Below are positions 9,689 through 19,039 of a stretch of DNA of 64,000 bases, in pieces. Under the pieces are notes generated by a model. The model ran no database searches and was not told the DNA's origin. It worked only from the letters and a program-made list of their open reading frames with translations. The DNA lies in contig CAZSFJ010000001.1 of the NCBI GenBank assembly GCA_964606125.1, forward strand, positions 1,409-65,408, read 5' to 3'. Each line of letters begins with the position of its first letter. The first letter of the stretch is position 1. The stretch comes from an uncultured Dehalococcoidaceae bacterium (lineage in GTDB: Bacteria > Chloroflexota > Dehalococcoidia > UBA2979). Made by a program: the position numbers and the translations under genes.

Positions 9689-9916
9689 GTGAGAACTAAT
9701 TTGAGTCAAATCCATGTAGGTGATAACGAATCCCTCGAACAGGCATTGCGAAGGTTCACCAAAAGAGTCCAGTCCGATGGCATACTCATGGATTATCGAA
9801 AACATGAGTATTATGAAAAGCCGTCTGAGAAACGGAAAAAGAAAGAAGCAACCAGGGTCCGCAAGCTCAGAAAAGCTTCAATGAAGGCCACACGGAAACG
9901 AGATGGAAGCTTCTAA
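9689..9916 (+). CDS. rpsU: 30S ribosomal protein S21
   Basis: [12 protein letters not shown]...[17 protein letters not shown], the S21 signature. Apparent GTG start. Confidence 0.8.
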   Translation: MRTNLSQIHVGDNESLEQALRRFTKRVQSDGILMDYRKHEYYEKPSEKRKKKEATRVRKLRKASMKATRKRDGSF

Positions 9917-9959
9917 GTCTACTCAAGGTCCGTGCTTCCTAATCTGATATCCTCTACCC

Positions 9960-10418
9960 ATGACAAATAAAACATCGCTTCTGTCCTCACTTCGAGATGA
10001 TATGAAAACTGCTTGGAAAGCCGGAGATAACGGCAAACGGGATACACTTCGCTTAGTGATCGCGTCAGTAGAAAATGCTCGCATAGCAAGTAAAGCTAGT
10101 GAATTAGACGATCAAGAGGTAGTGCGAGTAATACAAAAAGAAGCAAAACAACGCAAAGAGTCTATTGACGAATTTACCAAGGGCAATAGACAGGACTTGG
10201 TAGAAAAAGAACAAGCCGAACTCAATGTAATATCAGCTTATCTTCCGGAGGAAATGTCGGACGAAGAGCTGGAAGCCATCATAAAAAGTGTCCTCGATGA
10301 AACGAAAGTTACCTCAATTAATGACATCGGCGTTGTAATGAAAACTCTCATGGCTAAAATAGAGGGTAAGGCCGACGGCAAAAAAGCTAATTCTATAGTC
10401 CGCAATTTACTTTCATAA
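9960..10418 (+). CDS. yqeY: GatB/YqeY domain protein
   Basis: 152 aa matching the YqeY family (LKTAWKAGDN..R..L..V...LPEEMSDEELEAII). It sits in the conserved position after rpsU. Confidence 0.75.
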   Translation: MTNKTSLLSSLRDDMKTAWKAGDNGKRDTLRLVIASVENARIASKASELDDQEVVRVIQKEAKQRKESIDEFTKGNRQDLVEKEQAELNVISAYLPEEMSDEELEAIIKSVLDETKVTSINDIGVVMKTLMAKIEGKADGKKANSIVRNLLS

Positions 10419-10449
10419 TCACCACGCGCCCAGTAGAACGTCCAGCGCT

Positions 10450-11952
10450 ATGACCCAACCGAACACCTCATCCACTTCGCTACCTGTTCACCACAGTAAT
10501 TTCATTATTTGGTCGTTTGGGACTATCACCTTTCTCTTGGTATTGGCAGTGCTTGTCTTCCCAACTGGTGCGCTTAGCCTTGGATCACAAAAGCTCTCAG
10601 ACCCTGAATGGCTACTATCAATAACATGCGTTTCGATATTGTGCGGAATTTTTTCTGCTTCACATCTCGCTAGCGATACTTCACCTGGATTGTCTGGAAT
10701 AAGACGATTGTCACTGTTCATCCTTTTGCTTTTCGCAATTACGGCTAGTATCCGTATCAGCCTCCCTCTCATCACTACAAATAGTCAAACACTTGAAATA
10801 TTCGTAGCACTGCCCCTTCCTGCAATAGCTTTGGTGGCAACCGTCCTTTTGGGATTCAACACTGGCATATTACTGACGCTTACATCAGCTTTTTTTGGAG
10901 TATTCGTTGCTGCCCATATTCCTTCTATGCAGGCAAGCGAGGTTATCCTCACTTTTTCAGTATTACTAGGAGGTGGGCTTTCAGCATCCTTCGTGGCACT
11001 GGGTGCTAGACGTATCAACGACTACCTCAGGGGTGGCTTTACGATATCTATCATAGTATTCCTGAGCACAGCCTTCATCCTGCCTATGACTCCTGAATAT
11101 GATCTGAGCCAATTTATTTTCATAGCCATCGTTTCTCTGATTAACGGGCTTTTATCAACTTCTATGGGGGTCGGTATATACAATGTGCTGAGTAGGCCAT
11201 TCGGAATTATTACGCGTGTTGAATTGATGGAATTAGCCCAACCGGGTACGCAATTGCTGCGTCAAATCCAAGAGCAAGCACCTGGTACCTATGCACATTC
11301 GTTAGCAGTGGCTGATTTAGCAGGACGAGGAGCGGCCCAAATTGGAGCTGACGAGCAACTCGCCCGAGCCGGTGGAATGTTCCATGATGTTGGTAAACTT
11401 TTCCGGCCTGAATTTTTCATTGAAAATCGTGATGGGGACCAAGGCGAAAACCCTCATGACGCTTTGGATGAGTTACAGTCAACTCGAGTCCTGCATGGTC
11501 ATGTTGCCAAGGGCGTGGAGCGCGCGCGCGACGCAAAATTACCCGAAGCAATAGTCCAATTCATTCCAGAACATCACGGAACAACTTTTCCTGCTTTTTT
11601 TTATCGAAAAGCCGTCGAAAAAGATCCTAATATCGATCAAAGTAAATTTAGATATCCTGGTCCGTCCCCAAGGTCGCGAGAGACAGCACTAGTAATGATC
11701 GCAGACGGATGTGAGGCAGCCGTGCGATCATCTTCTGACAAAACACAGGACCAAGTTCTAGCCATCGTTAAACAAATAATTCGCGATCGATTAGAGGACG
11801 GGCAATTCGATAATTGTGATCTGACAGTTAGAGACATACGGACATTAGAGCGAACTTTCACACAGGCCTTAGTCGCTGCTTACCATCCAAGAATCGAGTA
11901 TCCAGAGGCAAAAGTTATGGACCATGAAGCCAGCGACGCCCACGGCCATTAA
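10450..11952 (+). CDS. 7TM receptor with intracellular HD/HDIG phosphohydrolase domain (7TMR-HD family)
   Basis: About 7 N-terminal hydrophobic helices, then HD-domain motifs (HSLAVADLA, FHDVGKL, IPEHHGTT, MIADGCEAA). Confidence 0.7.
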   Translation: MTQPNTSSTSLPVHHSNFIIWSFGTITFLLVLAVLVFPTGALSLGSQKLSDPEWLLSITCVSILCGIFSASHLASDTSPGLSGIRRLSLFILLLFAITASIRISLPLITTNSQTLEIFVALPLPAIALVATVLLGFNTGILLTLTSAFFGVFVAAHIPSMQASEVILTFSVLLGGGLSASFVALGARRINDYLRGGFTISIIVFLSTAFILPMTPEYDLSQFIFIAIVSLINGLLSTSMGVGIYNVLSRPFGIITRVELMELAQPGTQLLRQIQEQAPGTYAHSLAVADLAGRGAAQIGADEQLARAGGMFHDVGKLFRPEFFIENRDGDQGENPHDALDELQSTRVLHGHVAKGVERARDAKLPEAIVQFIPEHHGTTFPAFFYRKAVEKDPNIDQSKFRYPGPSPRSRETALVMIADGCEAAVRSSSDKTQDQVLAIVKQIIRDRLEDGQFDNCDLTVRDIRTLERTFTQALVAAYHPRIEYPEAKVMDHEASDAHGH

Positions 11953-11953
11953 A

Positions 11954-12646
11954 CTATTCCGATTCCATCGAAGAAATCACCGACCTCCATATCCAATTGC
12001 CGTCAGTGGTGCCTAAAATCTTCTCACAAGCGCGTTCTGGGTGTGGCATCATCCCTAGGACATTATGACCCTCATTAAAAACACCGGCGATATTGTCAAC
12101 TGAGCCGTTCGGATTATATATATCGGAAATCTCACCTGATTCTGAGCCATAGCGAAACGCTACCTGATCATTTTTCTTGAGAAGTTCTAATCCTTTTCTG
12201 GATATCACGTATCGCCCTTCCCCATGTGACATCGGAATCTGATAGGTCCTATCCCCTCTCATCGCAGTCGTGAAGGGAGTATCTAGATTCGGAGTGATTA
12301 GGTGAGTATCCTTGCATCTGAATTGAAGTGAGGCATTACGCATTAATACTCCTGGCAACAGCCCTGCCTCACATAAAATCTGGAAGCCATTACAAATCCC
12401 AATCACTAACCCACCACGTGAAGCATACTCCTTCACTGACCTCATAATCGGGGAAAATTGGGCGATCGAGCCGCAGCGAAGATAGTCACCGTAGGAAAAT
12501 CCACCTGGCAAAACAATCAGATCATAGTCAGATATATCAACAGTTCGATGCCAAACACGATCAGCACTCACGCCTACCTGAGCTAACGCCCATACCGTAT
12601 CTGAATCACTCCAAGTACCTGGGAACACGATAACCGCAGCGCGCAT
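11954..12646 (-). CDS. purQ: Phosphoribosylformylglycinamidine synthase, glutamine amidotransferase subunit
   Basis: MRAAVIVFPGT..DYDLIVLPGGFSYGDYL...GICNGFQIL.. with the catalytic Cys in GICNGFQ; class-I GATase. Confidence 0.85.
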   Translation of the reverse strand: MRAAVIVFPGTWSDSDTVWALAQVGVSADRVWHRTVDISDYDLIVLPGGFSYGDYLRCGSIAQFSPIMRSVKEYASRGGLVIGICNGFQILCEAGLLPGVLMRNASLQFRCKDTHLITPNLDTPFTTAMRGDRTYQIPMSHGEGRYVISRKGLELLKKNDQVAFRYGSESGEISDIYNPNGSVDNIAGVFNEGHNVLGMMPHPERACEKILGTTDGNWIWRSVISSMESE

Positions 12647-12680
12647 CAGGCCTCATCCTTCCACATTTAATTCTCGTCGC

Positions 12681-14894
12681 TTAGCCATCAAGTATATTGC
12701 TCAACCCAGAATCCCAGACGGTACAAGCATCTTCTATGTCAATCTGAATATCGCAAAATTTGAAATCCTTATTATCGCCCATGTGACCAAGCAAGGTCAT
12801 CGGAATTTCAGCCTGATTAGCAAGTTCAACGAGATGATCTGGCTCAGTCGAGGCGACTAAAAATCTCGATGGCGCTTCGCCGAAATAGGAAGCATCAAGT
12901 CGACCGTCGATCGGAAAATCCTCGGCTTGAAATCCGAGCCCACTGGACATACACATTTCAATGAGACCAATGGCTAGACCTCCATCACTTAAATCATGAG
13001 CTGCCTTTAAAAAACCTTCACTATGTAATTTCAACACAAATTGATGAACTCTATGTTCAAAGCCCAGATCGATAGCAGGTGCACCGGCAACTTCTCCGAA
13101 CAGAATCGACTGATACTCAGATCCTGCAAGACTACTCACATCTTGAGAAACATCTGCACCCAGTAATAGAATATGGTCTCCAGCTTCGGCTGAAATAGTC
13201 ATGCTCCGAGTGACATCTGCAATAATTCCCAACATTCCAATTGTAGGAGTTGGATAGATTTGACCGTCAGGCGTCTCATTGTAAAGCGATGCATTTCCTG
13301 AAATAACAGGAGTATCAAAAATTCTAGCCGCCCGTGAAAGGCCTACTATTGATTTTTCTAATTGATAAGCGACTTCCGATTTCTCAGGATTACCGAAATT
13401 TAGACAGTCGGTTATTGCAGCAGGTCGAGCACCAGTAGCAACTACATTCCTAGCAGCCTCAGCTACCGCCATTGCAGCTCCAACCTCAGGGTCGAGAAAC
13501 ACCATACGGCCATTACAATCAGTAGAAACAGCCAACCCCTGACTTAATCCCTTTATCCGCAAAACAGCGGCATCACCGCCCGGCCTAACTATGGTGTCAT
13601 TGAGTACCTGATGGTCATACTGTTGATAAACCCATCTGCGAGATGCGAGATTCTCTGACCCTAGGAGTTTTATTAGAGTTTCAGTTGTCTCTTCAGGAAG
13701 TAGATCAGGATACTGCCCTAAATCTCGATTTCGCAGAATTTTGACGGCAGGATCTTCATTAGTCTCGTTAACATACATCGGGGGATCGGTGAGAATTTCT
13801 ATCGGTATCCTTGCCTGAATGCTATCTCCATCCCGAATCGTTGCATGGTGGTCTTCTGTGACAGAACCAATCACCGTTGCATTGATCTCCCAACTCCGGA
13901 AATACGCGAGAACATCAGCTACATATTCGCTTTTAGGAATGACTAACATTCGCTCCTGCGACTCAGAAAGCATTACCTCATAGGCAGTCATTCCCTCGGC
14001 ACGGCGTGGTACCAGACTTACATCAATCTCAACTCCCACATTACCTCTCTCTGCAGCCTCTATCGCCGAAGAAGTTAGACCAGCGGCACCCAAATCTTGG
14101 AGACCCACGATCCAATCACCATGCTCTTCAGCAAGTCCAACACATGCCTCCATTAATAATTTTTCGAGAAATGGATGACCGACTTGTACAGCTGGGCGTC
14201 TCGATTCCGAATCATCGTCAAGTTCTACAGAAGCAAAAGTGGCTCCATGAATACCATCGCGGCCAGTATCTGCGCCAACTAATACCAGGGGATTTCCTAG
14301 TCCTTCAGCTCGGGCGGAAAGAAGATCATCCCGACGACCCACGCCCACGCACATGGCGTTCACTAGGGGATTTCCTGTGTAGGAGGCGTGCATCTGAATC
14401 TCTCCACCCACTGTGGGTACTCCAACACAATTTCCATAGCCACCTATACCTGACACTACTCCTCGCAGAAGACTCCTATTATGTGGACGAGATAGGCTAC
14501 CAAATCGTAGAGAATTCAATAGCGCGACCGGGCGCATGCCCATCGCAAAAATGTCACGCAGTATTCCACCAACACCTGTAGCAGCGCCCTCATAGGGCTC
14601 CAGCGCGGAGGGGTGGTTATGTGACTCGATCTTAAAAACAACTACCTGACCATCCCCAACATCGATCGCGCCCGCGTTCTCAGAACCCACCTCAGTAAGT
14701 ACTTTTTCTCCGGTGCTGGGGAAGTGATGGAACAATGGTTTGGAATGTTTATAACCACAATGCTCTGACCATAGTGCACCGACCATCCCTAACTCAACCT
14801 CAGTAGGGTCTCGCTCAAGCATACCCAACAGTCGGCCATACTCTTCTCGAGACATAGCTACTTGAGAAAGAAGTGATTCAGATGGTTCCATCAA
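12681..14894 (-). CDS. purL: Phosphoribosylformylglycinamidine synthase subunit PurL (small-PurL type)
   Basis: 737 aa with duplicated AIR-synthase-like domains and conserved ESHNHPS and GADTGRDG motifs. Confidence 0.9.
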   Translation of the reverse strand: MMEPSESLLSQVAMSREEYGRLLGMLERDPTEVELGMVGALWSEHCGYKHSKPLFHHFPSTGEKVLTEVGSENAGAIDVGDGQVVVFKIESHNHPSALEPYEGAATGVGGILRDIFAMGMRPVALLNSLRFGSLSRPHNRSLLRGVVSGIGGYGNCVGVPTVGGEIQMHASYTGNPLVNAMCVGVGRRDDLLSARAEGLGNPLVLVGADTGRDGIHGATFASVELDDDSESRRPAVQVGHPFLEKLLMEACVGLAEEHGDWIVGLQDLGAAGLTSSAIEAAERGNVGVEIDVSLVPRRAEGMTAYEVMLSESQERMLVIPKSEYVADVLAYFRSWEINATVIGSVTEDHHATIRDGDSIQARIPIEILTDPPMYVNETNEDPAVKILRNRDLGQYPDLLPEETTETLIKLLGSENLASRRWVYQQYDHQVLNDTIVRPGGDAAVLRIKGLSQGLAVSTDCNGRMVFLDPEVGAAMAVAEAARNVVATGARPAAITDCLNFGNPEKSEVAYQLEKSIVGLSRAARIFDTPVISGNASLYNETPDGQIYPTPTIGMLGIIADVTRSMTISAEAGDHILLLGADVSQDVSSLAGSEYQSILFGEVAGAPAIDLGFEHRVHQFVLKLHSEGFLKAAHDLSDGGLAIGLIEMCMSSGLGFQAEDFPIDGRLDASYFGEAPSRFLVASTEPDHLVELANQAEIPMTLLGHMGDNKDFKFCDIQIDIEDACTVWDSGLSNILDG

Positions 14895-14904
14895 CTACAG
14901 ATTA

Positions 14905-15447
14905 TCAAGGATCAATACTATGTGACGTAGGATTTTTACAGCGATAGGATTCCCAGTGTTCTAGAGTACTTCGACGACCACGCTCATATCCGATTCGATC
15001 CCCGTAGATTCCTCCCAGTAAACCAGCAAAGACTCGACTACCCACCAGTAAAATAAGACCGTAGGCGATAGTAGCCAGTATTAGATTCTCGTCGAAGATT
15101 GGGGTCGCTAGCACAAAAATAATGCCACCGATCACAGCTATTAGAACTCCAAGATAAGCAAATCCGTTTACCCATCTAGATTCAATCGAACGCTGTTGAC
15201 GCAGTGCTTCAACTATTTCAAGAGGGACGGTCCTAACTCTAGGTACTTCACTTGATCCAAGTCCACATTCAGGACATATCTCTTCATCCACACCCATCGG
15301 GGTGAAACAATATGAACAAAAGTTACCTTGGTTGGGATGAGTGCCATTTAAAACACCTACAAGATGGTTTTCAAGTGCCGAAGAAAATAGAGGGCATTCG
15401 TCAGCTGCTCGGTACGCCCCTAACTCGATGCCGATGTCCTCTCCCAT
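14905..15447 (-). CDS. Zinc-ribbon (CxxC...CxxC) membrane protein, hypothetical
   Basis: CSYC...CPEC followed by two TM helices. The start is taken at the Met with a GGGAG SD 8 nt upstream. The longer ORF to 15561 would overlap the upstream gene by 90 nt. Confidence 0.4.
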   Translation of the reverse strand: MGEDIGIELGAYRAADECPLFSSALENHLVGVLNGTHPNQGNFCSYCFTPMGVDEEICPECGLGSSEVPRVRTVPLEIVEALRQQRSIESRWVNGFAYLGVLIAVIGGIIFVLATPIFDENLILATIAYGLILLVGSRVFAGLLGGIYGDRIGYERGRRSTLEHWESYRCKNPTSHSIDP

Positions 15448-15470
15448 AGTAGTAACTCCCAAACAATCGA

Positions 15471-15971
15471 CTAAGACAAAGAGTAAGAATGATTGCCTAG
15501 CATCACTCCAAGCCAGAGCAAAATCATTGTGACTACAAGCATCAGGAACGAAAAAGCCCATGATTGTCGCCGAAGATAGTCCAAATCGCCGGACACTTCA
15601 GCCGCACCTTCTATCACGGAGTCAGACATTGAACGTATTTTTTTTCCAAAATATTGGGTGTGAACTAGCATTAAACCCATCAACAGGACAAAAAGGATCA
15701 TTTTAATCAGAAAAATAGATCCCCACTTCAGTTCGCTTGCACCTTCCGGAGTCAGTGCCTGCATTTGATACAAGCCCGTGATAATTAGAACCAGAATTGA
15801 GGCCCCACTTAAAAAACCAAACCGTCGAGCCACTGTGGAAACAACATTACGTTTCAGTTGCTCATCGTCAATGAACCACGTCGCAGGAGTCAAAGCAAAA
15901 AACAAAAGAATCTGGGGACCGAATAGTGCTGCGGCTGCTGTCACATGTAAAATTAGTGATATTGTTTCCAT
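15471..15971 (-). CDS. 4-TM integral membrane protein, hypothetical (CopD/DUF-like)
   Basis: 166 aa with four hydrophobic helices and no recognisable catalytic motif. It starts 10 nt after the purA stop. Confidence 0.4.
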   Translation of the reverse strand: METISLILHVTAAAALFGPQILLFFALTPATWFIDDEQLKRNVVSTVARRFGFLSGASILVLIITGLYQMQALTPEGASELKWGSIFLIKMILFVLLMGLMLVHTQYFGKKIRSMSDSVIEGAAEVSGDLDYLRRQSWAFSFLMLVVTMILLWLGVMLGNHSYSLS

Positions 15972-15980
15972 TTACAATCT

Positions 15981-17312
15981 CTACTGATGTGCCTCGATGA
16001 CAGTACCAAAAATATCGCGGGTAACAATAGCCTGATCTCTCTCAGGACCGACCGAAATCATGTCGATGGTTACGCCAATTAAAGATTCAATCCTTTTCAC
16101 GAAGCTGCGAGCATTTTTCGGCAGGTCGGAGAATCTCCGGACATCAGACACATCTTCCCCCCAACCATCCAATGTTTCATATATTGGCCTGGCCTGTTCC
16201 ATACCCCATAGGGTAGCTGGCATAGTCTCAGTACTAATTCCTGCTATTTCATATCCGGTGCAGATTTTCACCTCGTCCGCATGAGAGAGAGTATCTAGTC
16301 TGGTGAGTGCCACTGACGTAATCCCATTAATATCCGCGGTATGCTTAGCAAGAACTCCATCGAACCATCCGATGCGTCTCGCCCTCCCGGTAGTAGTACC
16401 AAATTCCCCAGTACCAGCCACTCCTCCTCCTCCTTGACGTATATCCTCTGCTTCTTGGCCAAAGATCTCTGTGGGCATAGGTCCGTTACCAACTCGTGTT
16501 TGATACGCCTTGTATACTCCAATAACTTTTTGTACCGCCGTGGGCCCCAGACCCACTCCTGCTGGACCTCCAGCGGCAATAGATGCCGGAACTGACGAAG
16601 TCACATAGGGATATGTACCTGTATCAAGATCAAGGAGCGATCCCTGGGCACCCTCCAATAGAATCATTTTCCCCTCATGATGCGCCCGCTGCACAATTGC
16701 AGCCGTATCATCAGCGTACGATCTTAGTCTCTCACCATAAGTAATATAGGCCTCAAACACATCAGCATAGACAAGCGGATCCAATCCATATAGACCTGTC
16801 AGTATCCTGTTTTTATAATCGAGAACCGGTTTCAGACGCTCCGAAAATCGCTCTCTATCCAGTAGATCGGCTACCCGAATACCCGTCCTCGCAACTTTGT
16901 CATGAAACGCAGGCCCAGTTCCTGTGCCCGTGGTTCCAATTGCAAGTTCTCCTCTTAGATCTTCGTCAGCTCTATCAATCAACGGATGCCACGGCATAAT
17001 CACGTTGGCATTTCGAGAAATTCTCAAGTTTTTGGTTGAGACTCCACGCTCTTCTAGGCCATCGATCTCATCGAGCACTACACCGGGATCGATAACAACT
17101 CCGTGACCTATCACACAAATTTTATCGGCTCGAAAAATCCCCGCCGGTATCACATGAAGAGCAAATTTACCTTGATCATTCATAATTGTATGGCCAGCGT
17201 TATTTCCTGCAGAATATCGAGCGATCACTGAACAATATTGCGAATGGAAGTCAACGGTTCTTCCCTTGCCTTCATCACCCCATTGTCCACCAATAATCAC
17301 CACTGCCGGCAT
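15981..17312 (-). CDS. purA: Adenylosuccinate synthetase
   Basis: MPAVVIIGGQWGDEGKGR P-loop, GHTI and TTGRGIGP-like (GTTGTGTGP) motifs. Confidence 0.9.
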   Translation of the reverse strand: MPAVVIIGGQWGDEGKGRTVDFHSQYCSVIARYSAGNNAGHTIMNDQGKFALHVIPAGIFRADKICVIGHGVVIDPGVVLDEIDGLEERGVSTKNLRISRNANVIMPWHPLIDRADEDLRGELAIGTTGTGTGPAFHDKVARTGIRVADLLDRERFSERLKPVLDYKNRILTGLYGLDPLVYADVFEAYITYGERLRSYADDTAAIVQRAHHEGKMILLEGAQGSLLDLDTGTYPYVTSSVPASIAAGGPAGVGLGPTAVQKVIGVYKAYQTRVGNGPMPTEIFGQEAEDIRQGGGGVAGTGEFGTTTGRARRIGWFDGVLAKHTADINGITSVALTRLDTLSHADEVKICTGYEIAGISTETMPATLWGMEQARPIYETLDGWGEDVSDVRRFSDLPKNARSFVKRIESLIGVTIDMISVGPERDQAIVTRDIFGTVIEAHQ

Positions 17313-17389
17313 AATTCACCCGCCTACTTCCAAAAAATTAGTTACTCAAACCACTGTACACTCTAAACCTGCGAAGCCACACTGTCTCA

Positions 17390-18244
17390 TTAGTTTTCAG
17401 ATTGTTCAAGTAGATATTTTGCTCGAACTAACCTCTCAGTTTCCGTCCATAAACCCATCGCTCGCCCATCATATTTATTCCACTCCGAGACTAGCGAATC
17501 TGCAATTTCTAACTGAGTAGCTGATGGATTAAACAACCGATTAATAAGAGCAATTTCTGACGATCTAGCTGTCAACATACCGGAAAAACCATTTTCAGCA
17601 GCGAACTCAAGGAAATATGACTCATCATCTGTTGACGAATCGACAAGAATCAACCGTAGGTTTAGATGCGAGGCAGCAATGGCTAGTTTCGAGACGACGC
17701 CTGCTATCAACATCGAGTCAAAGCTGGTGGGTATTTCACGGAAAGTTATATCCTGATAGGTTCTCTCTAGATCGACACAAATTCCAGTGATTCTATCAAC
17801 GCTTTGTAAAATCTCCTCGAGAATTTGGATCGGATGTCCACTATCAAATTCTGGAATTAGTCTTATTTGGCCTGGAATCCAACCAGCTCTCATTTCAATT
17901 CTTCTAATTTCTACATCAAGATCACGGACTTGCTGAGCATTCGATATGTCTGAGACCCACACACACGAAATCGCAGGATGCAGAAGCTTTTCTAAAAGTA
18001 TCCTAAGTTGCTCCGGAGAAGATATTGTGACGCGGAGATGGATTCCCGGAGTCGGAATATTTTCCGATCGTCTCTCAGTCCATTTGATCAAATGATCATG
18101 AAAACTCGTGATCGCCGCCTGGTCCCGCTCTTTTATATCGAACACTACCGCATCGGTATCCGTAGAAAAGTAATCGAAACCGCCGTCGGATTCCGACACA
18201 TTAACCAGTAGATTAGATCTCAGATAGTTCATTGACTGCTCCAT
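17390..18244 (-). CDS. HpcH/HpaI aldolase / citrate lyase beta-subunit-like protein
   Basis: 284 aa; a by-eye match of IRLIPEFDSGHPIQILEEIL..ITGICVDLERTYQDI to the CitE/HpcH TIM-barrel C-terminal region. Tentative. Confidence 0.45.
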   Translation of the reverse strand: MEQSMNYLRSNLLVNVSESDGGFDYFSTDTDAVVFDIKERDQAAITSFHDHLIKWTERRSENIPTPGIHLRVTISSPEQLRILLEKLLHPAISCVWVSDISNAQQVRDLDVEIRRIEMRAGWIPGQIRLIPEFDSGHPIQILEEILQSVDRITGICVDLERTYQDITFREIPTSFDSMLIAGVVSKLAIAASHLNLRLILVDSSTDDESYFLEFAAENGFSGMLTARSSEIALINRLFNPSATQLEIADSLVSEWNKYDGRAMGLWTETERLVRAKYLLEQSEN

Positions 18245-18306
18245 CTATTGCTATCCTCTAACCACATATAAAAAATCCAATTCCGAATCAGATATCCAAC
18301 AACCCC

Positions 18307-18993
18307 ATGCCAATAGTCACATTACCAAACAATATAAATATCCACTACCAGTTCATCGGAAATCGCACTAAACCAACGATCGTACTGTGCCACGGACTGT
18401 CTGCAACACTAGAGATGTGGAGAGGTCAAATAAATTATTTCCTGGACGACTATTCCATACTTATTTGGGATAATCGCGGGCACGGCTCATCATCTGCCCC
18501 GGAAGAATCATCTGATTACTCAATAGAAATCTTCTCCCAAGACCTGCTAAACCTCCTACAGCACTTGGACATTCGTCCACCCATCATACTGATTGGAATG
18601 TCTTTCGGAGGACACACGGCCTTAGATTTTACAGTTCGATATACCGAACTAGTTAAAGTATTAGTTCTGTCCGATTCGGTTCCCAATGCTCACCCCCGCG
18701 AAAGAACGACAGCAGCCCAATTCAGCTTTGATCCAGGGATTGAGGCTTGTTATCAAGCAATGATTAGTAGGCCAGACTTGACCCCAATGCTCCAAGAGAT
18801 TCATCAACCCACACTAATTATTGCTGGGTCCGAAGACACTATGGTGCTGCCTCACCTTCCCCTCTTGACAAGTAACCTTGTACAACCCGAGTTAAACATA
18901 CTTGCAGGCTGTTTCCACGGAACAAGTGGCCAAAACCCCCGAGAATGGAATCGGTTAGTTTCCGAATTCCTCAACCAGCACTCACCCAACTAA
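18307..18993 (+). CDS. Alpha/beta-fold hydrolase
   Basis: VLCHGLSATLEMW...WDNRGHGSS...GMSFGG nucleophile elbow (GxSxG). Confidence 0.65.
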   Translation: MPIVTLPNNINIHYQFIGNRTKPTIVLCHGLSATLEMWRGQINYFLDDYSILIWDNRGHGSSSAPEESSDYSIEIFSQDLLNLLQHLDIRPPIILIGMSFGGHTALDFTVRYTELVKVLVLSDSVPNAHPRERTTAAQFSFDPGIEACYQAMISRPDLTPMLQEIHQPTLIIAGSEDTMVLPHLPLLTSNLVQPELNILAGCFHGTSGQNPREWNRLVSEFLNQHSPN

Positions 18994-19039
18994 AACTCCT
19001 AAGCCCATTTTCCGGGCTCCGGGCATATGTTAAGAGTCG

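Noticed and set aside
14006-14581. 191-aa plus-strand ORF inside purL, and similar long antisense ORFs (29550-30251 in prmA, 36173-36703 in fabH, 39037-39369 in batB, 62048-62473 in rplL)
   Set aside because: All are embedded antisense in genes with unambiguous homology and have compositionally odd, Ser/Pro/Arg-rich translations. They are typical shadow ORFs of moderately GC-rich coding DNA.
15448-15561. N-terminal extension of the zinc-ribbon membrane protein ORF
   Set aside because: It would overlap the upstream 4-TM gene by 90 nt. The internal Met at 15447 has a good GGGAG SD, so the shorter form is preferred.
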